The translations under genes were made by a program, and so were the position numbers. Below, piece by piece: positions 1 to 9,362 of a DNA stretch of 64,000 nucleotides (position 1 is the first letter of the stretch; every line of letters starts with the position of its first letter). The stretch spans positions 30,606 to 94,605 of the forward strand of contig CAWKGY010000011.1 in assembly GCA_963849235.1 (NCBI GenBank), read 5' to 3'. The notes beneath the pieces were generated by a model. The model was not told the origin of the DNA. It searched no databases and saw nothing but the letters and a program-made list of their open reading frames with translations. This stretch comes from an uncultured Actinomycetota bacterium (lineage in GTDB: Bacteria > Actinomycetota > Actinomycetes > Mycobacteriales > Pseudonocardiaceae).

Positions 1-2
1 GC

Positions 3-86
3 CGGACCGCGGTCAAGATCGGCCGCCACGAACGGAACAGACGAGCCACGCCACCCGATCCCTACGACGACGACCCGCCGTTCTAG
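3..86 (+). CDS. 3' end of a gene entering the window, possibly a DUF222/HNH endonuclease-like protein (partial)
   Basis: Open frame RTAVKIGRHERNRRATPPDPYDDDPPF* ends at TAG 84-86. The DDPPF C-terminus is typical of actinobacterial DUF222-HNH proteins, but only 27 codons are visible. Confidence 0.35.
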   Translation, partial: RTAVKIGRHERNRRATPPDPYDDDPPF

Positions 87-103
87 GAGGTCGTTCTGAG
101 AGG

Positions 104-913
104 TCAGTGCCCGGTGAACGTGGGCGAGCGGCGCTCGATGACGGCGGCGAGGCCCTCGAGGGAGTCGGCGGTGCCGGAGAGCTCGGCGACGGTGCGGGCC
201 TCCTCCGGCAGCTGCGCCTCCACCCGGGAGCCGAGCCCGGACCACATCAGGCGCTTCGTCGCGGCCAGCGCGAGCGGGGCGCCCGCGACCAGCCGGTCGA
301 CGAGCTCGTCGGTGGCCGCGCCGAGCTCGTCGTCGGGCACCACCCGGGTGAGCAGCCCGGCCTCGAGCGCCTCGGCGGCAGTCAGCACCGGGTTGGTCAG
401 CGAGATCTCCAGCGCCTTCCGGAGCCCGACGAGCGCCGGCAGGGTCACCGTGGTCCCGGCGTCGGGGGCCATGCCGACCCGGGTCGCACCGCCGAGGAAC
501 TTCGCCGACTCGGCCGCCACGACGAGGTCCGACGCGCACACCAGGCCGAACCCACCGCCCCCGGCCGCGAAGCCCTGCACCGAGGTCACGACCGGCGCCG
601 GGAGGTTCAGCAGGCCCTGCACCACGATCTGCAGCCACGACGTGGCCTCGCGCAGGTAGTCCGGCAGCCCGTCGCCCTTGCTCGCGAACGTCTTCACGTC
701 CCCGCCCGCGCAGAAGTGCCGGCCCTCCCCCGTCAGCACCAGGACCCGCAGGCCGGGCCGGCTGTGGCAGGCCATCACCGCGTCGTAGAAGGCCCGCAGG
801 AGCGGGACGTCGAGCCCGTTGGACGCCTCGGGTCGGTTGAGCCGCAGGCGCGCGACGCCCCGGTCGTCGACGTCCAGCAGGACCGGTCCCGATCCCACGA
901 GCTGCTCACTCAC
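104..913 (-). CDS. Enoyl-CoA hydratase/isomerase family protein
   Basis: Crotonase motifs LNRPEASN, FCAGGDV, GFAAGGG..L..ASDLVVA and C-terminal P.F.G. The GTG at 913 follows a GAGGAGG RBS. Confidence 0.9.
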   Translation of the reverse strand: MSEQLVGSGPVLLDVDDRGVARLRLNRPEASNGLDVPLLRAFYDAVMACHSRPGLRVLVLTGEGRHFCAGGDVKTFASKGDGLPDYLREATSWLQIVVQGLLNLPAPVVTSVQGFAAGGGGFGLVCASDLVVAAESAKFLGGATRVGMAPDAGTTVTLPALVGLRKALEISLTNPVLTAAEALEAGLLTRVVPDDELGAATDELVDRLVAGAPLALAATKRLMWSGLGSRVEAQLPEEARTVAELSGTADSLEGLAAVIERRSPTFTGH

Positions 914-961
914 CGCGTCGTCCTCCTCAGGCATCCAGTGCTTCGCGGCATCCAGTACTAC

Positions 962-2230
962 TCAGGCGTTCAGGCGGTAGGGCATGGACTTGATGGCCTG
1001 CATGAAGTTGCCGGCCAGGTAGATCGGCTCGCCGGCCTCCAGGCCGGGCGCACGGGTCAGGAGCTCCGAGAACAGCGCCCGGAGCTGGGTCCTGGCGAGC
1101 TGGTTGCCCATGCAGTAGTGCGGGCCGCCGCCCCCGAAGCCCACGTGCGGGTTCGGGGAGCGGGTGATGTCGAAGCGCAGCGGGTCGGCGAAGACCTCGG
1201 GGTCGCGGTTGCCCGAGCCGTAGAAGAGCACCACCCAGTCGCCGGCCCGGACGTGGCGGCCGTGCAGCTCGACGTCGCGGGTCGCCGTGCGCCGGAACGT
1301 CATCACCGGGGTGGCCCACCGGACGAACTCGTCGACCGCCGGCCCGATCCGCCCGTCGAAGTCCGCCGCCAGCAGCCGCCGCTGGTCGGGGTGCAGCGTG
1401 AACTGGCGGACCGTGCTGGAGATGGTGTTGCGGGTGGTGTCGTTGCCGGCCACCGAGAGCAGCACGAAGAACGCGGCGATCTCCTCGTCGGTGAGCCGCT
1501 CCCCGTCGACCTCGGCGAGCGCCAGGTTGCTCATGAGGTCGTCGGCCGGGTGCTCGCGGCGGGCCTCGGCGTGCTCGAGGGCGATGGTGATCAGCGTCAT
1601 CAGGGACTCGGTGAGCAGCTCGGCGGGCTCGCGGCCCCGCCGGACGTCCTCGTCGGCCCAACTGACCATCCCGTCGGCGGCCTCGGTGGCGCGGTCGCGC
1701 GCGTCCTGGTCCTCGACGCCCATCATCTCGAAGATCGTCCACTGCGGGAGGCGCCGCGAGACCTGCGCGACGAAGTCGCCGTCCCGGGTGTCGACGAGCT
1801 CGTCGACGAGCCGGCGGGCCTGGGCGCGGATCTGGTCCTCGATGGTCCGCACCCGCTTCGGGGTGAACGCGGCCGAGACGAGCTTGCGCAACATCGTGTG
1901 TCGCGGGGCGTCGGTGGCCAGGAAGGAGCTCGCCGCCTCGAGGATGTCGGGCGGGACGTCCTCCATCTGGATCCCCTGCCCCGAGCAGAACGTCTCCGGG
2001 TCCTTGCTGACGGCCACGATGTCGGCGTGCCGGGTCACCGCCCAGAACCCCGACCCGTCCTCGGGCGGCATCATCGAGCCCTCGGCCGGCGGGTGCCAGC
2101 TCAGCGGACGCTCGCGGCGCAGCACCGCGAAGTCGGCCTCGCGCTCGTCGGGGGACTTCGCCCAGAACGACAGGGGGGAGAGCGAGACCTCGTCGTAGGG
2201 CGGGCGGTCGGTGGTCGCGGTCGGCGTCAT
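962..2230 (-). CDS. Cytochrome P450 (CYP124/125/142-like)
   Basis: I-helix AGNDTT, ExxR (EFVR) and heme motif FGGGGPHYCMG. GAGGAG RBS before ATG 2230. Confidence 0.93.
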   Translation of the reverse strand: MTPTATTDRPPYDEVSLSPLSFWAKSPDEREADFAVLRRERPLSWHPPAEGSMMPPEDGSGFWAVTRHADIVAVSKDPETFCSGQGIQMEDVPPDILEAASSFLATDAPRHTMLRKLVSAAFTPKRVRTIEDQIRAQARRLVDELVDTRDGDFVAQVSRRLPQWTIFEMMGVEDQDARDRATEAADGMVSWADEDVRRGREPAELLTESLMTLITIALEHAEARREHPADDLMSNLALAEVDGERLTDEEIAAFFVLLSVAGNDTTRNTISSTVRQFTLHPDQRRLLAADFDGRIGPAVDEFVRWATPVMTFRRTATRDVELHGRHVRAGDWVVLFYGSGNRDPEVFADPLRFDITRSPNPHVGFGGGGPHYCMGNQLARTQLRALFSELLTRAPGLEAGEPIYLAGNFMQAIKSMPYRLNA

Positions 2231-2256
2231 CGCACACTCCTCGGGTCGCACCGTGG

Positions 2257-2272
2257 TCTAATCCAGATTAGA
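2257..2272. promoter_or_regulatory. Palindromic operator between the divergent P450 and SDR genes (probable TetR site)
   Basis: TCTAATC-CA-GATTAGA, a perfect 7-2-7 inverted repeat, AT-rich in a GC-rich background. Confidence 0.65.
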
Positions 2273-2334
2273 AGACAGGGCGACCAGATGACAGCGCAAC
2301 CAGAAGACAGCGCGATGCGACGGAAGGACGACGG

Positions 2335-3129
2335 GTGGACCTCGGACTGGCCGACGCGCGGGTGATCGTGACCGGCGGCGCGTCGAACGTCGGGCGGGGC
2401 ATCGTGCACGGGCTCGCCGGGGAGGGCGCCCGGATCGTGCTCGCCGACCGCGACGCCGAGCAGGCCGACCGGGTGCGCACCGAGGCCCTGGACCGCGGTG
2501 CCGCCGAGGTGCGCGTCGTGGTCCTCGACCTCACCACCGAGGGGGCGGGGACCCGCGTCGTCGCCGAGGCGGTCGACGCGTGGGACGGGCTGGACGTCCT
2601 GGTCAACAACTGCGGCTGGAGCGTGCCCGGCTTCCTCACCGAGCAGACCGACCGCGCCCTGTGGCAGCGGACGGTCGAGACCAACCTCTACACCGCCATC
2701 GACGCCACCCAGGCCGCGCTCGCGCCCATGAACCGGCAGGAGTCGGGGTCGATCGTCTTCATCTCCAGCGATGCCGCGTTCGGCGCGATCCGCCAAGGGA
2801 TCTACGGCACCACCAAGGCCGGGCTGATCGCCCTCGCCCGCACCACGGCCCGGGAACAGGGCCGCCGCGGCATCCGCGCCAACGTCGTCTGCCCCGGCCT
2901 GGTGCTGCCCGACGAGGGCGGGGTCGGCACCGAGAGCCTCTGGGCGGCCGGCCGCGACGCGATCTTCACCCCGGAGCAGATCGAGTACGTCACACGCCAG
3001 ACCCCGCTCCGCCGTCTCACCACCCCCGACGACGTGGCGGCTGCCGTCGTGTGGCTCTCCTCCCCCACGGCCGCCCGGCAGGTGACCGGACAGGTCGTCG
3101 CCGTCGGCGGCGGGTCGTCCATGCCGTGA
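2335..3129 (+). CDS. Short-chain dehydrogenase/reductase
   Basis: VTGGASNVG, LVNNCG, catalytic YGTTK, NVVCPG. Confidence 0.92.
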   Translation: MDLGLADARVIVTGGASNVGRGIVHGLAGEGARIVLADRDAEQADRVRTEALDRGAAEVRVVVLDLTTEGAGTRVVAEAVDAWDGLDVLVNNCGWSVPGFLTEQTDRALWQRTVETNLYTAIDATQAALAPMNRQESGSIVFISSDAAFGAIRQGIYGTTKAGLIALARTTAREQGRRGIRANVVCPGLVLPDEGGVGTESLWAAGRDAIFTPEQIEYVTRQTPLRRLTTPDDVAAAVVWLSSPTAARQVTGQVVAVGGGSSMP

Positions 3130-3188
3130 GTTGACGCCGGTCCGTCGGCGTTTTTACTCTTCATACGAATCAAGCGTCGGGAGCCGCC

Positions 3189-4367
3189 GTGAACACGTCC
3201 TCGATCGTCCCCGAGACCGACGAGCGCGCCGCCCTGCGCGACAGCGTCTCCACCCTCGTGGGCCGGTACGGGCACGGCTACTTCGTCGAGCGCGCCCACG
3301 CGCACGAGGAACCCACCGCGCTCTGGAAGGAGCTGGGCGCCGCGGGCTTCCTCGGGGTGCACCTGCCCGAGGAGTACGGCGGTGGGGGCGGGACGCTCGG
3401 CGACCTGCTGGTCGTGGTCGAGGCCGCCTCGGCGGCCGGGTGCCCGCTGCTGATGACGGTCATCTCCCCCGCCATCTGCGGCACGATCCTCGCCCGCCAC
3501 GCCTCGCACGAGATGAAGCAGCGCTGGCTGACCGGGATCGCCGACGGCTCGCTGAAGATGGCCTTCGCGATCACCGAGCCCGACGCCGGGTCCAACAGCC
3601 ACGAGATCACCACCACCGCCCGTCCCGAGACGGCGATGGGTGGCTGGCGGCTCTCGGGCACGAAGTACTGGACCTCCGGCGTCGACGAGGCCGACGCGAT
3701 CCTCGTCGTGGCGCGCAGCGGGTCGGCGGGTCAGGGCGGCGATCGGAAGCCGCTGTCGCTGTTCGTCGTCCCCACCGACTCCCCCGGGCTGACCTGGCAG
3801 CCGATCCCGGCGGCGCTCGTCCAGCCCGAGCACCAGTTCACGGTGTTCTTCGACGACGTCCCGCTGGGGCCGGACGCACTGATCGGCGACGACGGCAACG
3901 GTCTGCGGCAGGTCTTCTCCGGGCTCAACCCCGAGCGCATCACCGCGGCGGCCATCAGCAACGGGATCTCGCTCTACGCCCTGGAGAAGGCCACGGCGTA
4001 CGCGAACGAGCGCTCGGTGTGGAAGGGCGTGAAGATCGGCGCGCACCAGGGCGTCGCGCACCCGTTGGCCGAGTGCTACATCGCGGTGACGCAGGCACGG
4101 CTCATGGCCACCCGCGCGGCCGAGCTCTTCGACGAGGGCGCCGACGCCGCCGAGGCCTCGAACATCGCCAAGTTCGCCGCCGCCGACGCCTCGCTGCGCA
4201 CCCTCGACCAGGCGATGCAGACCCACGGCGGGAACGGCCTGTCGCTCGAGTACGGGCTGGCGGACCTGTGGTTCCTCGCCCGCATGCTCAAGACCGCGCC
4301 GGTCAGCCGCGAGATGGTGCTCAACTTCGTCTCCCAGCGCAGCCTCGGGCTCCCGGCGTCGTACTGA
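3189..4367 (+). CDS. Acyl-CoA dehydrogenase
   Basis: FAITEPDAGSN, LSGTKYWTS, IGAHQGV, QTHGGNG. Confidence 0.93.
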   Translation: MNTSSIVPETDERAALRDSVSTLVGRYGHGYFVERAHAHEEPTALWKELGAAGFLGVHLPEEYGGGGGTLGDLLVVVEAASAAGCPLLMTVISPAICGTILARHASHEMKQRWLTGIADGSLKMAFAITEPDAGSNSHEITTTARPETAMGGWRLSGTKYWTSGVDEADAILVVARSGSAGQGGDRKPLSLFVVPTDSPGLTWQPIPAALVQPEHQFTVFFDDVPLGPDALIGDDGNGLRQVFSGLNPERITAAAISNGISLYALEKATAYANERSVWKGVKIGAHQGVAHPLAECYIAVTQARLMATRAAELFDEGADAAEASNIAKFAAADASLRTLDQAMQTHGGNGLSLEYGLADLWFLARMLKTAPVSREMVLNFVSQRSLGLPASY

Positions 4368-4399
4368 CGCGTTCCCGGGCCGGGTCCTAGGCTCGCCGG

Positions 4400-5017
4400 G
4401 TGGTCCAGCCCCCCGACGCCCGGGACTCGAAGTCGGCGCGCACCCGCCGTCGGGTCGTCGACGCGGCCGCCCACGCGCTCGTGCACCGCGGTTACGCGGG
4501 GACCCGGCTCTCGGACGTCGCCGACGTCGCCGAGGTGCAGGCCCCGGCGATCTACTACTACTTCTCCTCCCGCGACGAGCTGATCGAGGAGGCCGTCGCC
4601 GTCGGGCTGGCCCGGGCCCGGACCCTGGTCGAGGAGGCCCTGGCGCAGGCATCGCCGGACCTCTCCGCCCTCGATCGGCTCGGCGTCGCGGTGGCGGCGC
4701 ACCTCAGCACCCTGCTGACCCACTCCGACCACGCCGCGGCGGCCATCCGCACGGTGCCCCAGCTGCCGGAGAGCATGCGTGCCCGGCACCGCCAGGCCGA
4801 ACGGGCCTACATCGACATCTGGCGCGGGCTGATCGCCGACGCCCGGGCGGCGGGCGAGATCGACACCGACCTCGACGCCGGGGTGTCCCTCATGGTCGTC
4901 CTCGGGGCGCTCAACTGGACCGCGGAGTGGTGGGACCCCGACCGGGGCTCCCTGGAGGGCGTCATCACCACCGCGCAGCGGCTCGTCACCCAGGGGCTGG
5001 GCACACCTACTCGGTGA
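4400..5017 (+). CDS. TetR/AcrR family regulator (leaderless)
   Basis: HTH GYAGTRLSDVA...AIYYYFSSRDEL. TAGGCT -10 lies 6 nt before the GTG. The 3' end overlaps the convergent gene by 11 nt. Confidence 0.9.
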   Translation: MVQPPDARDSKSARTRRRVVDAAAHALVHRGYAGTRLSDVADVAEVQAPAIYYYFSSRDELIEEAVAVGLARARTLVEEALAQASPDLSALDRLGVAVAAHLSTLLTHSDHAAAAIRTVPQLPESMRARHRQAERAYIDIWRGLIADARAAGEIDTDLDAGVSLMVVLGALNWTAEWWDPDRGSLEGVITTAQRLVTQGLGTPTR

Positions 5018-6755
5018 TGCCGTACTGCCCGATCTTGCGGTAGAGCGTCGAGCGGGCGAGCCCCAGCGCGGCGGCCGCGGCCACGCGGTTGCCGCCGGAC
5101 TCGCGCAGCGCCCCGACGATCGTGTCGCGCTCGGCCTGGTCGACCGGGCGCAGCGTGCTGCGCGGGTCGCTCTGGCAGGAGCCCGGCAGGTCGCCGACCC
5201 CGATCTCCCCCACCGGACGGCGACGCAGCGCGGCCTCGAGCGCGTCACGCAGCTCCCGGACGTTGCCCGGCCAGCCGTGGCGGGCCAGCGTCCGCGCCGC
5301 GTCCGGCGAGAGCCGCACGTCCCGCCCGGGGGCGAGGTCGGCGAGCACACCGGTCGCCAGCGCCTCCAGGTCGCCCGAGCGGTTCCGCAGCGGGGGCACC
5401 GTCACCGAGCGGGCGAACCGGGCGGGCAGCGCGTCCAGCACCGCCGCGCACCGGGCGGTGTCCGTCGCGGTCGCGGCGAGCCGCACCCCGGGGGCGCGCA
5501 GCGCGGCCGCGGCCCGCGCGGGGACACCGTCGCGGCGGTCGAGGTCGGTCAGGATCACCAGCGGCGCCGGCCCGGCCGCGCGGATCCGGGCCGCGAGGTC
5601 CTCCCCCGCGTCGGTGGGCCCGAGCTCGACGGTGCTCCCCGGCTTGTGCAGCGCGGCGTCCAGGTCGGTGAGCAGCCGCCGCCGTCCCGAGCCGGTCTCG
5701 CCGACCACGAGCAGCGGTGTGCGCGCCCGCAGTGCCTCGCCGGCCGCGGTCCACGCCGTGCTCCACGCCGGGCTGGTGCTCGCCGGTTCCGGCAACGGCC
5801 GCTCGCGCGGGAGCGCCCGCGACACCACCGCGGCATCGAGCTCGCGGGGCACCGTGACCACCGTGACGAGCCCCGCCACCGCGCCCCCCACGGTCACGGC
5901 CGTGCCGCGCATCCGGACGCGGGCGCCGGAGGGCAGGACCGGTCGTTCGTCGACGTCGGACGCACGGAGCATGACGAACCGCGCGTGGTCCTGGAGCGCG
6001 GCGAGGTCGGACGGGTCGAGCAGCGTCTGCATCGCGGTGTTCGCCAGCACGGACCGCGGGCCCACCGCGAGCACCGCCTGCCGGGTGCGGGCGTCGACGC
6101 GGGTGTAGAGGTCGAACAGCGCCTGCCAGCCCGCGTCGCGGTCACGCACCAGCGCGTCCTGGATCCGGGCCGCGGCGGAGCGGACCAGCGAGTGGATGAC
6201 CGGCGAGGAGTGCTCGGCCCGGCAGCTGATGTCGAGGACGCCCTCGATGCGCCCGGTGACGGGGTCGTGTACCGGGGCGCCGGCGCAGGCGTACTCCTGC
6301 AGCGCCTCGACGAAGTGCTCGGCCCCCACGACGTGCATCGACCCGCCGGACTCCAGGACGGTGCCGACCGCGTTGGTGCCGACCGCCCCCTCCTCGTAGC
6401 CGAACCCCTCGGCGAAGTTGTTGCCGTCCGCGGCCCGTCCGATCGTGAGGGCGGTGTCGAGCCGGACGAGCAGCCGGGCCCGGTCGTCGGTGAGGACGAC
6501 GCACACCGGGATGTCGGCGGTCTGCTCGGCGAGCTGGTCGATCACCGGCCGGGCACAGCGCACCAGCCGGGACTCCACGTCCAGGTCCGGGTGGAAGCGG
6601 TTGGCGACGATCCCCGGATCGACGCCGAGCGCGACGCTGCGTCGCCAGGACGCCGCCACGTGCCCGGGGATCCCGGGCAGGTCGACGTCGGGGCGCTCCA
6701 ACAGGTCCGCGCGTGCGGACGTCAGGAGCCTGCGTCGAGCCAGCACATCAGCCAT
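5007..6755 (-). CDS. GAF + degenerate AAA + Fis-HTH transcriptional activator (AcoR/MimR-like)
   Basis: GAF motifs SWRRS and EGAVGTNAVGT; GETGSGR, VPPLRNR, WPGNVREL; C-terminal GNRVAAAAALGLARSTLYRKI. No GAFTGA motif. Confidence 0.88.
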   Translation of the reverse strand: MADVLARRRLLTSARADLLERPDVDLPGIPGHVAASWRRSVALGVDPGIVANRFHPDLDVESRLVRCARPVIDQLAEQTADIPVCVVLTDDRARLLVRLDTALTIGRAADGNNFAEGFGYEEGAVGTNAVGTVLESGGSMHVVGAEHFVEALQEYACAGAPVHDPVTGRIEGVLDISCRAEHSSPVIHSLVRSAAARIQDALVRDRDAGWQALFDLYTRVDARTRQAVLAVGPRSVLANTAMQTLLDPSDLAALQDHARFVMLRASDVDERPVLPSGARVRMRGTAVTVGGAVAGLVTVVTVPRELDAAVVSRALPRERPLPEPASTSPAWSTAWTAAGEALRARTPLLVVGETGSGRRRLLTDLDAALHKPGSTVELGPTDAGEDLAARIRAAGPAPLVILTDLDRRDGVPARAAAALRAPGVRLAATATDTARCAAVLDALPARFARSVTVPPLRNRSGDLEALATGVLADLAPGRDVRLSPDAARTLARHGWPGNVRELRDALEAALRRRPVGEIGVGDLPGSCQSDPRSTLRPVDQAERDTIVGALRESGGNRVAAAAALGLARSTLYRKIGQYGITE

Positions 6756-6813
6756 GCGGCACACCTCTCTGTGCACTGCCTCACATCATGCCGCCCCGGG
6801 TCAAGCCGAGATC

Positions 6814-6830
6814 TGTCCGAAGTTCGGACA
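6814..6830. promoter_or_regulatory. Palindromic activator site TGT-N11-ACA upstream of the monooxygenase
   Basis: TGTCCGAA-G-TTCGGACA, a perfect 8-1-8 inverted repeat. A TACGGT -10-like hexamer sits at 6854-6859. Confidence 0.7.
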
Positions 6831-6895
6831 CGCCGGACCCTGATCCCCCGCCCTACGGTCGGCCGACCACGTCACCGTCGACCCGGGAGGACGGC

Positions 6896-8398
6896 ATGAC
6901 CGTTGCCGCACCAGCCGAAGCGGAACCCCGCAGCGGCGAACAGGAGCACCTCGACGTCCTGATCATCGGAGCGGGCATCTCCGGGATCGGCGCCGCCCAC
7001 CGGCTGCAGGAGGAGTTCCCCGAGCGCAGCTTCGCGATCCTCGAGGCCAAGGGCGGCCACGGCGGGACCTGGTGGACCCACCGCTTCCCCGGCGCGCGCT
7101 CGGACAGCGACCTCTTCACCTACGGCTACCGGCACAAGCCGTGGCGCGGCCCGTCCATCGCCGGCGGCGGGCAGATCCGCGACTACCTCGACGAGGTGGT
7201 GGAGGAGGACGACCTCGCGGGGAAGATCCGCTACCACCACGAGGTGACGGCGCTGACCTGGTCCTCCGACGACGCCCGCTGGACCGCCGAGGTCACCCGG
7301 GCCGACACCGGCGAGCAGCTGCGCATCACCGCGTCGTTCCTGTGGATGTGCCAGGGCTACTACAACCACGACGAGCCCTACGTCCCGGAGTGGCCCGGCG
7401 TCGAGCGGTTCGAGGGCACGATGGTGCACCCCCAGACCTGGCCGGAGGACCTCGACTACGCCGGCAAGCAGGTCCTGATCATCGGGTCCGGAGCGACCGC
7501 GGCGACGCTGGTCCCGGCGCTGGCCGAGACCGCCGGACACGTGACGATGCTGCAGCGCTCGCCGTCGTACTGGTTCCCCAACCCGACGGTGCACGAGCTG
7601 GCCACGATGCTCGAGCCGCTGGACCTGCCGCAGGAGTGGACCTTCGAGATCCTGCGCCGGACCTACGTCCAGCAGCTCGACTGGCTCGCCGACACCGGGC
7701 GCAACGACCCCGACCAGCTCCACGAGTTCCTCCTGGAGACCATCCGGCCCCTGCTGCCCGAGGGGACGGACGTCGAGAAGCACTTCACGCCGGCGTACCG
7801 GCCGTGGCAGCAGCGCATCGCGTTCGTGCCCGACGGCGACTTCTTCGACGCCATGCGCGCGGGCAAGGCCTCCGTCGTGACCGACAAGATCGAGGAGTTC
7901 ACCGAGAAGGGTGTGCGGCTCTCCTCGGGCGAGGTGATCGAGGCCGACATCGTCGTCACCGCCACCGGGTTCAACCTGGCGGTCTTCGGCGACATCCCGT
8001 TCACCGTCGACGGCGAGCCGGTCGACTTCTCCCGTCGCGTCACCTGGCACGGGACGATGATCACCGGGGTCCCGAACATGGCGTACGCCTTCGGCTACTT
8101 CCGGCACAGCTGGACGCTGCGCGTGGACCTGATCACCGACCTCGTGTCCCGCATCCAGCAACGGATGGTCGAGCGCGGGGCGAGCACCGTCGTCCCGACG
8201 CTGCGCCCCGAGGACGCGGACATGCCGTTGCTGCCGTGGAGCGACCCGGACAACTTCAACCCCGGCTACGTCATGCGCTCGCAGGACAAGATGTTCAAGC
8301 AGGGCGATCGCGAGCCGTGGACCCACATGCACGAGCACGACGTCGACCGTGTCGTCCTCCCCCAGGCCGACGTCGACGACGGTCTCCAGTACCGCTGA
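6896..8398 (+). CDS. Flavin-containing Baeyer-Villiger monooxygenase (EthA-like)
   Basis: GAGISG, GGTW, BVMO fingerprint FEGTMVHPQTWP, GSGATA, ATGF. GGGAGG RBS. Confidence 0.92.
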   Translation: MTVAAPAEAEPRSGEQEHLDVLIIGAGISGIGAAHRLQEEFPERSFAILEAKGGHGGTWWTHRFPGARSDSDLFTYGYRHKPWRGPSIAGGGQIRDYLDEVVEEDDLAGKIRYHHEVTALTWSSDDARWTAEVTRADTGEQLRITASFLWMCQGYYNHDEPYVPEWPGVERFEGTMVHPQTWPEDLDYAGKQVLIIGSGATAATLVPALAETAGHVTMLQRSPSYWFPNPTVHELATMLEPLDLPQEWTFEILRRTYVQQLDWLADTGRNDPDQLHEFLLETIRPLLPEGTDVEKHFTPAYRPWQQRIAFVPDGDFFDAMRAGKASVVTDKIEEFTEKGVRLSSGEVIEADIVVTATGFNLAVFGDIPFTVDGEPVDFSRRVTWHGTMITGVPNMAYAFGYFRHSWTLRVDLITDLVSRIQQRMVERGASTVVPTLRPEDADMPLLPWSDPDNFNPGYVMRSQDKMFKQGDREPWTHMHEHDVDRVVLPQADVDDGLQYR

Positions 8399-8423
8399 CC
8401 ACCCCGCCTCGAGGAGCGATCCC

Positions 8424-9239
8424 GTGACCCAGATCCCCGTCCGTACCGGCGTCACCCTGAACTACGAGATCAGCGGCAGCGGCGAGCCGCTGCTCCTGCT
8501 CATGGGGACCTCCGGAGCCATCCCGCTGTGGGGCGAGGTGGCCGCCCACCTCGCCCAGACCCACCAGGTCATCGCCATGGACAACCGCGGCCTCGGCGGC
8601 AGCGACCGCGGCGTCGGGCCGATCAGCGTGGCCTCGATGGCCGAGGACGCCTCGGCCCTCCTCGAGGCCCTGGAGATCCCGCGCGCCCACGTGCTCGGGT
8701 GGTCGCTCGGCTCGGCCATCGCGCAGGAGCTCGCGCTCGCCCACCCCGACCAGGTCGCGTCCGCGGTGATGTTCGGGACCTGGGGCCGCTGCGACGGGTT
8801 CCAGCGCTCGGTGCTCACCGCGTTCCGGCTGCCCTACGTGCTCCGCGACATGGACTCGGCGCTCGCCGTCTCCGGCCTCGCGTTCTCCCCGCAGCTGCTC
8901 GACCACCCGGACTTCGCGCAGATGCTCGAGCCGATGCTGCCCGCGTTCCCGCAGAACGAGGCGCAGATGCAGGTCACCGTCGAGCAGTGGGACGCCGACC
9001 TGGCGCACGACACGATCGACCGGCTCGGCGCGATCAGCGCACCCACGCTCGTCCTGGTCGGCGAGCAGGATCTGCTCACGCCGCCGTGGCAGGCGAAGAA
9101 GGTCGCCGACGCGATCCCCGGCGCGCGCTTCGAGCTCGTCAGCGGGCCCGGCTCGAGCCACGGGATGCACATCGAGCGTCCCGACGAGTTCTCCAAGCTC
9201 GTCGCCGACTTCCTCGGGGAGCAGTCCGTCGGGAGCTGA
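8424..9239 (+). CDS. Alpha/beta fold hydrolase
   Basis: DNRGLGGS, nucleophile GWSLG, GEQD, C-terminal His (SHGMH). GAGGAG RBS. Confidence 0.88.
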   Translation: MTQIPVRTGVTLNYEISGSGEPLLLLMGTSGAIPLWGEVAAHLAQTHQVIAMDNRGLGGSDRGVGPISVASMAEDASALLEALEIPRAHVLGWSLGSAIAQELALAHPDQVASAVMFGTWGRCDGFQRSVLTAFRLPYVLRDMDSALAVSGLAFSPQLLDHPDFAQMLEPMLPAFPQNEAQMQVTVEQWDADLAHDTIDRLGAISAPTLVLVGEQDLLTPPWQAKKVADAIPGARFELVSGPGSSHGMHIERPDEFSKLVADFLGEQSVGS

Positions 9240-9362
9240 GGGACTCGGGGGTCGCGAGACGGACGTTTGCCCGGGCCCGCGATCCCCGACCCTGCGGCAC
9301 CGGCCGGGGTCGCCCGGGCCCTCGTCCGCCGGGTCACTCCACTCATCCAAGAGACGGTGTCG

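Noticed and set aside
107-2365. Long antisense and alternate-frame ORFs (for example 107-2365, 38303-41440, 41462-44053, 44131-46932, 56347-59028, 60006-62552)
   Set aside because: They overlap well-supported genes, are Arg/Gly/Pro-rich or mirror-like, and are the expected result of stop-codon scarcity at very high GC.
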